Source: Octopus sinensis
Lineage: Eukaryota
Direction of reading: 5' to 3'
Assembly: GCF_006345805.1 (NCBI RefSeq)
Contig: NC_042999.1
Location: 73,036,001 to 73,100,000 of the forward strand
Length of the DNA stretch: 64,000 nucleotides
The notes beneath the pieces are model-generated. The model saw nothing but the letters and a program-made list of their open reading frames with translations. It ran no database searches and was not told the DNA's origin. Below are positions 14,400 to 26,049 of the stretch, piece by piece; within the stretch, counting starts at the first letter, position 1; each line of letters starts with the position of its first letter. A program made the translations under genes and the position numbers.

Positions 14400-15251
14400 A
14401 TTTATTATTCACCTCTTTCGGAACCTGCTCTTTGCGTAGATCCGATGTATATTATGGACCGCACATTAAGTGCAATGTGCGTTTCTTGAATACCCTCAGG
14501 GTTATTGATATACTCATTCGAGTACAGTTAATCGTATATATAACCTGAATATCTTTCTACCCATACTGTGGTACCCGCATATATATTCATCTATTTTTGT
14601 TGTGTACACATTTTACTCCTCGACCCGACCCGGTGCCTTACCATTTAAGTGCCTGATTTACTTGAATCTTGGTCTATTATCTGTTTGTCTGTCTCTCCCT
14701 CTCCCCCTCCCCCCCTCTCTCTCTCTCCATTCCATGTTGCTATCTATGCTGCTATTTCTCAAAAGTTGTCAAAGGTATTCGTGACTTGCTGCTAATGAGC
14801 AGAAAGTCTTTCATCCGATGTTCTGTAGCGACAGAGCTATGCGGTGTCGCTTCGCAGGCATCTCCGATCATCAGTCAGCGAATACTTTTTCGAGGAGATC
14901 TTTTCCACCTTCTATAATATTATCTGCTTTATGTGTACTCACTTGATCTATGCGTGTAGTTTAACATTAAAAAATGTCGTCGATGAAATATGATGTAGCT
15001 CTGAAAGGCTGTTTGATGCCTTTGCATCTTGTTTCGTTTCACTGTTTGCATCACTATTGATGTGGAAATTTCTGGTGGTTTGTAGTTATCTGGACTTAAT
15101 AGTAAGCGTCGAATCGAATCGAGTCGTCCTACTGTAAACACATCGTGGATCACTGAATTATTGTATGCAAAGAACTCTGAGGACTATATGTTTTTTATCC
15201 GGATTTATTCTCCTTGGTTACACATTCCTTGTTGTACACAGGTTATATTAC

Positions 15252-16313
15252 TGTAGGGAATACGACCGTACGCAAGAAGTGGTGACAGAAATGTCTCCTC
15301 TTTAACGCCGCACGGTCGCCCTAACAAAATAAGAAGCCAAATACATGATATAAAATACAGTGCCAAAAGGAATAAATGAGGACGACAACCGTTCTACTGT
15401 TTGAGAGAAGAGAAGACTTTATTTACAAATGTGTATAAAGAGAGTGTGTGTGAGTGCTAGCAAAGTGGAGTGTCTGTGTGCATGCGACAAGTGTTGGTGT
15501 CTGTGTGTTCATGTGTGCGACAGAAGTACAAATAAGGTGTATGCATATAAAACAGAATACAGAGCACAAGACGAGTCTCTCAGCATATTGAGTTAAGATG
15601 GAATTAGTTTACCAGTTCGTAAGTGAGGTACACAATAGTAATAGTACTGTAGCAGGATGTTGGGGTCACAAGGCAGAATGCCGGTTGAACACATATCGTG
15701 TAGCGGTTGAGGCTTCAATTTGTGCCGGGTCTCTTGATACAGGAAGTTCCTTCAGGTAGACTGGAGATGTTTACCTTGGTGCAGTTCACAACACCGAGAA
15801 AGCTAAACCCGAGCGAGTGTTGTGTACGTATTGCTGAAGTCGACGGAGATGGAGACGACGTAGAGTTGAAGGATGAAGGTGGTGATGACGGCGGCAGAGA
15901 AAAGCGACGTCGAGATGAAGGCGACGGAGATGGAGAACGTCTTGTCTGTCGCTAGAACTGGAACATGGCTGAATCGCTCGGTTGGTCAGAGGCTAGTCCT
16001 AAAAAAGACTGGCACCTAAGATCGGAGTTGCTGGAACATGGTTGAGTGCTCTGTGGTCAATGACTAGACCTTAGAAGGTCTAGAACCAAAGACGAATAAT
16101 AGTCTATCGATCTCGCCTTTTTATAGGGTTAAGGTGGCTCAAATGAAGTATAAGAAAAACGGTGTCACGAAAGACCTTATCCGAAGGCCGTGATCGGTTG
16201 GCTTACACACTGGCGCGAAATAAGTCAAAAGACAAACTGCGCCAAATGCCAACCAATCAGAGCAGTGGACACAACAGGGTCAAACTAGCCGAAGATGGTT
16301 GTTATCTACCACA
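15252..16313 (-). mobile_element. Probable solo LTR (about 1.06 kb)
   Basis: TGT...ACA termini. On the minus strand, in order: CCAAT box (16253-16257), TATAAAAA (16118-16125), AATAAA (15418-15423). No matching TSD found. Confidence 0.6.
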
Positions 16314-17161
16314 AGATCATTTCTAATATATCTCTCAAACAGTGAAGATATCAGCTACGCTACATTCCCATCTACACCTACAACATTCATCATTAGATAT
16401 TATAAAATCTATTTTATATTTTCTGAGATAATAGTAACCACGTTAAAGCTTTTCTTTGTGCCATTATTATTTTTGACACTTAATTTCAAGTCTTCCATAA
16501 AGAACTTATGCGTTAGGCGGTGTTTCTTTATTTCCCTAAGCCACACATATATTCTCCAGATTTTCAAGGTATTAAAAGGATAAGGGACTCTTTTCAAATG
16601 TATATAGCTTTATAGGGAATTTGTCTCCGTGAAATATATTGCCCCGATACTTTATTCTGTCAGAGATAAACAATCACCTCCTGTATTTCTCTTCATGATG
16701 GTGGCCTAGGACAAGTCAAGTTGTCTATGGCCGTGATTTAGGAAACTTTACCAGGTATAAGGTGCGACAGGAGAACAATCGGTTACTCTCTTGTAAATAG
16801 GTCAGATTCTAACCAAATTCCTAGTATATCATCTCACGTTTGATATTATAAATTTATTAATTACCAGCCGTTCATCACGTCTCCCAACTTTATTTTTTCG
16901 CATTTGCTGGCTCCATTGTGATGGTGTTATTAGTGTTAGAGTGTTTACATTTATTTATATGCGGGACTTGTTATAACCACTTAAATTTCAGTATTCAGTT
17001 GTACGCGTGCGCACACATACTGTGTTAGAAAGCTTTAGTCATCAAGTTAGAAGATTAAATATCATGAAAAACAATTGTTACCGTAAAAGTATTTAAATCC
17101 CTATTTTTGAATAAGAAATATAATTTCATGTAGATTAGTAGAGAAAGAGAGAGAAGCGAGC

Positions 17162-17197
<36 letters not shown>

Positions 17198-17244
17198 GGG
17201 AGAGATGGAGAGATGAAGAGAGAGAGAGGAGAGAGAGAGAGAAA

Positions 17245-17634
17245 GCCTACAGCCGGTCTTCGTCATCGCCTGAATCTCCGACCTCTCCCTTCAGTGCTTC
17301 TACAACGGCGCTTAAGGTGGTTCGGTCATGCGGCCCGGCGTCCAGATGGTGAGCTGATTCGTGAGTCCTCCTCCCACCTCCACTTCCTAACTGGCGCGAA
17401 CGCACGAGCGGCCAGCAGAAGACCTGGGCAACGACGATAAAGGAGGACCTCTCCGAATTTTCAGGTCCACAGGTGGTCGGTCTGCACAGATGGAACCGCG
17501 AATGGCTCACTATCTCCAGTGACCTCGCACATGACCGTCGAGCGTGGGCCGCCATGGTTCGTGATGCCGTCAGGACCAGAGAAGAAGCCGGCTCAACCCG
17601 CCCTGGGTGAACGCCGTCTCAAGCAAAAAAGCAA
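17245..17634 (+). mobile_element. RTE (BovB-like) LINE 3' fragment within a (GA)n array
   Basis: LQRRLRWFGHAARRPDGELIR..KTWATTIKEDL..DRRAWAAMVRDAV; (GA)n on both sides. Confidence 0.8.
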
Positions 17635-18229
17635 AGAGAGAGAGAGAGAGGGAGAGAGGGAGAGAGAGAGAGAGAGAAAGTAAATGACCATCTAGATTGG
17701 CACCTTGTCCTTGTGTGGCTTTGTTGGCATCTTAGCCGAGTGGCCAAGATGTCAACATCCATTCCAATAGAGAATGAATGAGTAAGATTTTTCCCCAATA
17801 CCGTTCTGTCCCATCAAATCTTCAGGAGGAGCTTTGACGTATTTTAAGTGATGCAGTTAACCAAATCGTTTAAGAAGATTCTCCGAGGAGAAGAGGGAGA
17901 GGAGGGAAACAAGGGTTGACAGAAGTGAACATTGAAAAACTTTAATATTTATATACCTTCATGAACTGTCGATGTATCTCGCTTGTCCACGCCGAAAGAA
18001 AAGCTGCCAGGTCTTTAAAAAATCTGTAACTAGGAGGCTGACTAAATGAAGAGGCGGGCGATAGACAGAAACAAGGCAACAACGAGGACTCTTCGAAACA
18101 TCTTAACAGCATGTATTCCAATTCTTGTGCTCTCGTTGACAGCATTTGTTTAGGTCAAAAATACGTTTCAGCAGCCATTTTACAACTCATTGCTAAATTC
18201 AATGTAATCCAAGTTTAGATATCGAGAGA

Positions 18230-18770
<541 letters not shown>

Positions 18771-19541
18771 CACACATACACATATTTACCTATATAGATA
18801 CAAATATCTTTATACGTACATACAAACATACACACATATACACTCAGGTATACACACATGCACTCACTCATATACACACATTTATATGTAAATACACGCA
18901 TATATGTATTATAAATATACACATACGTATATATACTTGCGTACTCAAGGAGCAGCGTTCCTTTTAGTCAGGTTGTATTGAAAACAGAAATGTTTTCCAT
19001 ACAACACACACGCACACATACACACACATACACCCACATTAAATAACTAACGATACATTTACCACTGGGAATCGAAGATCTTTCTTACAAAATAGATATC
19101 TTTGAATTGATGGCTGAAATATAATTGTCGAATTATGGTCGAGAAGTAATAAGATATAGCTGTACACTAGAACTGCTGTTGAGAGACATGAACCGTATAA
19201 AGACACAATATCTTATGTCTACAGGATTCTACAGAGAAATGAATTCTTTAAAGCGATGCCAACCTTACCAACTTTTTCCTTTCACGTTTTCTCATCACTT
19301 ACATCTTTCTTTCATTCTTTTTTTCTTATATTCCATCTTGTCTCCAGATCTTCATATATTCTTGCGTTTGTATGCGTGTTTTTGTTTGTCGTAGTGTTTT
19401 GTACACACATACACACGAATGTGTATATATATATTTTATATGTGTGTGTGTATATATATATGTATGTATACATATGTATATATATATATATGTATGTATG
19501 TATATATATGAAAATATATTTATGTATATATATATATATAT

Positions 19542-19573
<32 letters not shown>

Positions 19574-19655
19574 ATATGTATGTATATATTTATTTATGTA
19601 TATAAACATACACATACACAAACATATGAATGTATGTATGTATCTATGTATGCAA

Positions 19656-19712
<57 letters not shown>

Positions 19713-20407
19713 ATATGTTTCGAATATATATATATATTATATATAATATGTTTAGAAAAATATCTAACAAAACAAATCCAAGAGACGTTCACAGATGATA
19801 TTATTAGGTTGCCACTCAAAGACGGAAAAACAGTTGCAGAGTAAAAGTTATAGAGTAAAAGTATAACGTTTCGGATATAATCCTTCGTCTCAGGAGATTC
19901 CGGGAAGAGAAAAAAGAGAAGAAAGGAGATTAAAAAATAGAGGAGAGCCATGGAAAATGCACGTGGGTTTTGATTCGCATGTTCGACCTCTCACTGAGAT
20001 AATTGTTTTTTTACTAAACGCAATTTAATTTATTTTAGTTTTTGTGAAAAATAGGCTCTGTTGTTAAACAATAGTTATTTCTCTCTGTGGTCAGAAAAAG
20101 AGATCATTTGACTAGTTTCAGCATTTATTATGGCATCATTAGATATCTTGCGTCTATTGACGGTGTAGACAAAGCAAAGTTGAACTATGTTTCTCTGCGG
20201 AATTTGCATAACATTGGAAGTGGGAATAATGTACGACGCAATATATGTTTGCTAAAAAGACATTCTCGTAAGGTATCCTCATATCTCTTTGCATCATATC
20301 ATAGAATAATGGTAAACATGTCTTAAAAAGAGCATTTATTTACTGTACTTTGTACGTTACAAACGTATGGTATCGGTACAAGTGAGTGGAATATCCCTGT
20401 ATGATAT

Positions 20408-20715
20408 TCAATGATGTTAAGATGGAGCATGGGCTTTCAAAGTGTGCTATGATGGTAAGATGAGGAAAGCTTGTCAGGACAGAAGGCATAGGTTTGCCAA
20501 GTAGTGAAATGATGAAGGCATTTCAACCTCAATTCAGCTATAAATAATATATAAATTATATATATATAATACTTGAGGCAGATGGAATTAAACACAACGA
20601 CATGAAGGAAACGTCAAAAAGAGAGTACCTGCGGCGAGTGAGAAAAATACTGGCTTCAAAGCTGAATGCCAGAAACCTAATTTCGGCAATAAACTCACGT
20701 GCACTTGCAGTAGCT
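20408..20715 (+). mobile_element. R4/Dong-like non-LTR retrotransposon RT fragment
   Basis: DVKMEHGLSKCAMMVR*GKLVRTEGIGLP, then ILEADGIKHNDMKETSKREYLRRVRKILASKLNARNLISAINSRA (20569-20715 open). Confidence 0.7.
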
Positions 20716-21370
20716 GATTGCGGAAGAAAGCTTTGTTGAAATTGCCTTCAGTCCTGTGGAATGTCAATTCAATGGCGGAAAGTCTGATTATGCATTTACG
20801 TATTGCTATTGGGCACTTTCTTTATGATATTTGATGGATGGTTGGATTCTAATTGCTTGTACAAGCAGAGGTTGATTGCTTGGATTGCTATCGTGTTCGT
20901 ACAATCTTGAGGTTAGATTCCAGAGAGCTGGCAGAGAACTTTTTTGTTTCCATTATCTTCAAGTTGAAGATTTTGAAGGAGGACGTGATATGTTTTCTGA
21001 CTGTATCAGAAGACCCCATAACTTCGAGATCAGTAGGCCATCATGTCGAAGTTTCTATAACGTGTATTTTTTGCTTTTGTTTTTAGCTTGCAACCTTAGC
21101 TGTTGATTTGTTCGACACTTAATCAACACTTTACATGCTAATTACTCTGTATTTTATTAAAGTTGTCTTTGTGGACTTTATAGGCCATAAATGTGTTTAC
21201 TTTGTCTATGTTAGCATTGTTGTATAGGCTGAATTGAGCAGTTATTTGTTTTGCTTATGTACTGATGTTATTATATATGCCATTGTAAAGATTTTGCAGG
21301 TTTTATTTTCTCGAGTAGTGTCCCCATAAAAATGAATCGTCTAGTCCGTATCTGAATATTTGGCTTGTCG
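20716..21370 (-). mobile_element. Penelope-like RT relic
   Basis: Degenerate FMG..E, FNLKI and SNHPSNIIKKVP..IIRLS..EGNFNKA blocks resemble Penelope RT/thumb motifs; many stops and frameshifts. Confidence 0.45.
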
Positions 21371-21973
21371 AGTTTATTTTCTTACTTCCGCTGAAACCTC
21401 GGTTAGAATTTGTTGCTTGGGCCTCAAAATTTTATATTCTTTATATTTGGCGCATCACATTCGCCCGTGTCTTTGTGTTGAGATGGCATTTCTTAGATTG
21501 TGTGCGTGTGTGCATATCATGGCACTCCGACAGTTACGACGACGAGGGTGCCAATTCAATTTCAAACAAACATTTAACAAGGAAAAATAACTCGAACACA
21601 ACACTAGATACCAATGAAAGTGATGTTTATTGGATTATTTAATGAGAATATGTTTTGGTATGTTTTTTTTCCCCAAAATTTCTAAACAGAGACAATGACA
21701 GCTCCCAATGTAGTCCTCAAATTAATAGGACCTGATTAACTCACATATAAAAAAATTAAAAATAACATAAAAAACAAAATTTAAGAACATCACACACACA
21801 CGCATATATATATATATATATATATATGCAAAGAATACTTGATACAGTCACAATATTTGATGAAAAATTTTCTTATAGGTTAACTGTTTAAAACGATACG
21901 AACCTTTTGGGATGAAGTTTTCGAATCGTGTGTAAGCCTTTTCGTTGTTCAATTTTTCAAACACACGTGTTTG

Positions 21974-22035
<62 letters not shown>

Positions 22036-23251
22036 CATACATGGCAAATACTGAATATAAGGATTATTTCTTAAGTATGTTTATTATTCTTATATATTTA
22101 ACTTGATTACTTATTCTATATTATATTTCCACGTTCTTCCCACCATATAAAAAATCTTTTCGGATATAGGCACAAGTTTATCTTGCTTTGGGGAAAGCAA
22201 ATATTTGATTATATAGAGTCCCGTATTTGACGAGTACTTCTTTAACCAATTCTACAAAGTCGACTTCTGCGAGAATGATCACAGAACATAAATACACGAA
22301 ACTATATACTAATAATTTTTCTGATTTTGATGCAAGGTCAGCAGTTTTGAGAAAAGGAACAAGAGGATTGCATCGACTCCAGTACCTGATGGCACTTTAT
22401 TTTATTGAAACGGAAAGGACGAAAGGCAAAGTTGAGCTCGGCGACGTTTGAGGTCAGAATGAAAAAGCCGGAGGAAATGCCGCTAAGCATTTTATCGAAC
22501 TCGCTTACGATCCTGCCAGCTCACTGTCTCAGATAATAATAATAAGGAAAAGGCTTGGAATTTATGGGGAAAGAGCTAGTCGACTACTTTGATCCCCAGT
22601 GCTCGACTGGTACTTATTTTATCGGCTTCGAAAGGATGAAAGGCAAAGTCGACCTCGGCGAAATTTGAACTCAAAACAAAGTCGGACGAAATGCCACTAG
22701 GCTAACAGTTCTGCTAGCTCGCCGTCTCACTAATAATAATACTAATAATAATTAGCATAAAAATCCGTCGATTTTCGAAATTGTTCCGTTTTCAGTGAGT
22801 TCTCAAAAAAAAAAAAAATGTGCTTTCTGAGGAACAAGATTAAAGCCCACAAATTTCTCGCGAAGAAATATGCCTACCGAAGGAATGGATTAACATCAGT
22901 ATATGAATGGTGCAATATTTATGATTGTTGACTTTGGGAGCATGAAAGAAGAAAATAAAACCCTGGTAAGATTTGAATTCAAAACGTAAAGGGATGTAAC
23001 TGAAAACCGAAGTATTTTTGTCGCGCATTCTATCGATTTTTTACCATTCATCGCTCTCTTAACGATTTACAATCATCTACATGTTCTAATATGAAACAAA
23101 ACATAATTTAACATAAACAATCACACTATTAGATACAACAATAACAAATTGAGAAAAATGACTTCGTGCAAATGAAGTAGAAGTAGTCTACATGTTAAGA
23201 AAACCTGCCTTTATCTCCCGCTATACACACAAACAAGATCACTTGGTTGGT

Positions 23252-23424
23252 TTAATAATTGCAGTTTTTGACGAGGGCCTTGTAGTTGCACAACTTAAGT
23301 TGCCTGTCGAATAGTGTGTTTGTTGGGCATTTCAACACGAATGCTTTTGCCTCCATGCAGAGCACATACAGCCTGCAGTCGCGAGGTACATAGTAGATTC
23401 CATCTAGACGATAGCTGCAGTCAA
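23252..23424 (-). CDS. GH18 chitinase last coding exon: CBM14 (peritrophin-A type) chitin-binding domain
   Basis: (F)DCSYRLDGIYYVPRDCRLYVLCMEAKAFVLKCPTNTLFDRQLKLCNYKALVKNCNY*. Six Cys in CBM14 spacing; acceptor ttttacAG; phase matches the upstream exon; stop TAA at 23252-23254. Confidence 0.93.
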
Positions 23425-23897
23425 CTGTAAAAGTAGAAAGAGAATAAATCACAGTACTTAGTTACTTACATCAGAGAATTGTTAATTAATACAAGATCCG
23501 TAATGATCGAGCCAATCTATACTCAGAGGTGTCCCAGCCAGCCAGCCAGCCAACATGCCAGTAACTATCCTGTCTTTTATTCAATCTACGAACAGAAGAC
23601 TTTATCCAGTGTCATATTTTTTAAAAAGGTGTCATTTGAAAGTTATATGGATGATATTTCTAACAGGTCAAGCGACCATGTCAGGGTTTCCTCCAGTAAT
23701 GTAGAAGGATGGCAAACTCCCCAGCGAGCCGAATCTCCATTGTAAGTTCGAGCCTGGTTGAACCAGTTGACTTCACCACTTAATCCTTGATATCTGTGTA
23801 GTCAATTGCTCAGAAACCAATCGTTTATGTTTGGTTAACATTGATAGATTTAATTTCTAAATATCTTCTTTCACCGTCCAGAAATATACACGTGCGC

Positions 23898-23948
<51 letters not shown>

Positions 23949-24003
23949 ACCACCCACCCACCCACCCACCCATCCATCCATCCATCCATCCATCCATCTA
24001 TCC

Positions 24004-24048
<45 letters not shown>

Positions 24049-24326
24049 CATTATTTTTGTGTGACTCGGTATGGTCTGCGGCCCGGTGTTTAGAGATTCC
24101 TACCGTATACTGGTTTCAAATTTTGGCACAACAATTTCGGGAGAGGGGGCAAGTCAAAAGGATGAAAGGTAAAGTCGACCTCGGCGAGATTTGAACGTAA
24201 AGACAGACGAAGTGCATGCCTGCCATATATGATGATTCGGTGGTGACTACGTTTGTCTTATAAAAAAGTTCACTCATTATGGATTTACAAAAATTAATAA
24301 TATACAGTATAAAATAATATCATAGC

Positions 24327-24364
<38 letters not shown>

Positions 24365-24371
24365 TACTTAC

Positions 24372-24585
24372 AGGTGTTGGACGGCGGGAAAAGAGTAACA
24401 GGGTTTGCAGTAGTGACAGGGCCCAGTGTCGGTCGTACAGTTGGAGTCCATTGCCATGGTTTGAGAATCTCGTCGATTTTCATGATCAAAGGGTATCTGC
24501 CATAGCCGCACACGTTGTTAAAGTCATCCATCTCGACTGACCATAAAAAGGCACCACCCAGGTTGTTGTTGACAATATAATTAGC
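24372..24585 (-). CDS. GH18 chitinase exon (beta8 strand and Pro/Thr-rich linker)
   Basis: ANYIVNNNLGGAFLWSVEMDDFNNVCGYGRYPLIMKIDEILKPWQWTPTVRPTLGPVTTANPVTLFPPSNT + 1 nt. 214 nt, AG/GTAAGT sites. Confidence 0.95.
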
Positions 24586-25923
24586 CTAAAATTGATTGTG
24601 TTAGTTAAAAAAAGGTAAGGGATCCAAATAATGAATTTTTGTTTCCAGGAAGTACATAAGTGTAGAAGATGTTATAATATTTTTATTTATATAATTTTAC
24701 ACTATGTTAAATTAACATTGATATATTTAATTTCGAAGCAAATTTTAAACGAATAACGTCTTAATTCGAAAATATTTAGGCAAAAAATATTTTCCAAAAT
24801 ATATAAAACCTGAAAACATTATTTCTATTTTGTATAGTTATTTATCGATTTCTGGTATATAATGTCAGAAATCGAGAAGGGGACATAGTCGACTCGAGTA
24901 CTTGAGAGATATTTGTTTTATCAACCTTGAAATGATCAAAGTCAAAACCAAACTCGGTGAAGACTGAACTCAACACATAAAGAAATATAATTAAATACTA
25001 TAAGATATTTCGTCTGGTGTTCAACCATCTTTGTTCTTTATTGAAATATTGATTTCTTTTGAGAAGGAAGGGTTTTGTGGACGTTTTTATCGATCTTTAT
25101 AATTGATTTAAAAATTTCGCTTCAGGCTGGCAATTTCGGAGCAAGAGGTAACTTGAATACATCAATCACAGTAATCAACTGGTACTTATTTTATCAACCC
25201 CAAAAGGATGAAAGTCATAGCTGACCTCTGCAGAATTTCAACTCAGATCGTAAAGACGGACGAAAGGCTGCTAAGCATTTTACCCGGAGTGCAAACGATT
25301 CTGCAAGCGTATTGCCTTATCAATCTTAGTAATTGACGAATAGATTTTTTATTGATCCTAGAGAAATAGAATGCAGCCAACTCGATTTTGAACTAGCGTC
25401 GGCGCACGGAGAGAAATAATGAGGTCGGCATAATCGATTAAGTTGATCACAGGACTTGATTGGTACCTATTTTATTTTATCGATACCGGAAGTATAAAAG
25501 GTAAAGTCGAAAGTTGACGTCGGCGAGATTTGAACTCAAAGCACAAAGTGTGCAATTTGTTTTGTGTTTCCCGCTTTGCCACCCCACTATCATTAGCAAG
25601 GGAATATTAAAAACTATTGCCTCCGTGAGTAATAGCAGGAAATTTTACATAAGTACAACAATTATTTTACTTATTTTAAAATTTCATGTAGATTATGAGG
25701 TAAAGAATTAAATAGTAATTTTTAAAATGAAAATATTTATTTGATTAAAATAAAGTTAAATAAAACATTCATAATTTGTATATTCACAATACATATGTTG
25801 TCAAGAACCATACTACTGTTTAACTATCAATTAAATACAGATGTAATATATTGATCAGTTCCATATAAGTTAGCATGACCGAGCAAGCAACAATGAGTTT
25901 TATTAGTATTGATATTAACTTAC

Positions 25924-26049
25924 CTTGTATGTAATGCTTTCAAGATCATCATAACCAACCCACTGGTCCCCACCATAGGCGTAGGGTACTTTCATATCAT
26001 TCAACCAGATTCGGCGCCACGGATTCGGTCCCTTCTGGTAGGTACATAT
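25924..26049 (-). CDS. GH18 chitinase exon
   Basis: ICTYQKGPNPWRRIWLNDMKVPYAYGGDQWVGYDDLESITYK, with the VPYAY..QWVGYDD signature. 126 nt, AG/GTAAGT sites. Confidence 0.95.

Noticed and set aside
15707-15955. Acidic/charged 82-aa ORF
   Set aside because: Lies inside the LTR-like block; low-complexity GAC/GGA repeats, no domain motif.
17722-17757. 16-bp hairpin with a 4-nt loop
   Set aside because: Short and isolated, with no supporting context; expected occasionally in repeat debris.
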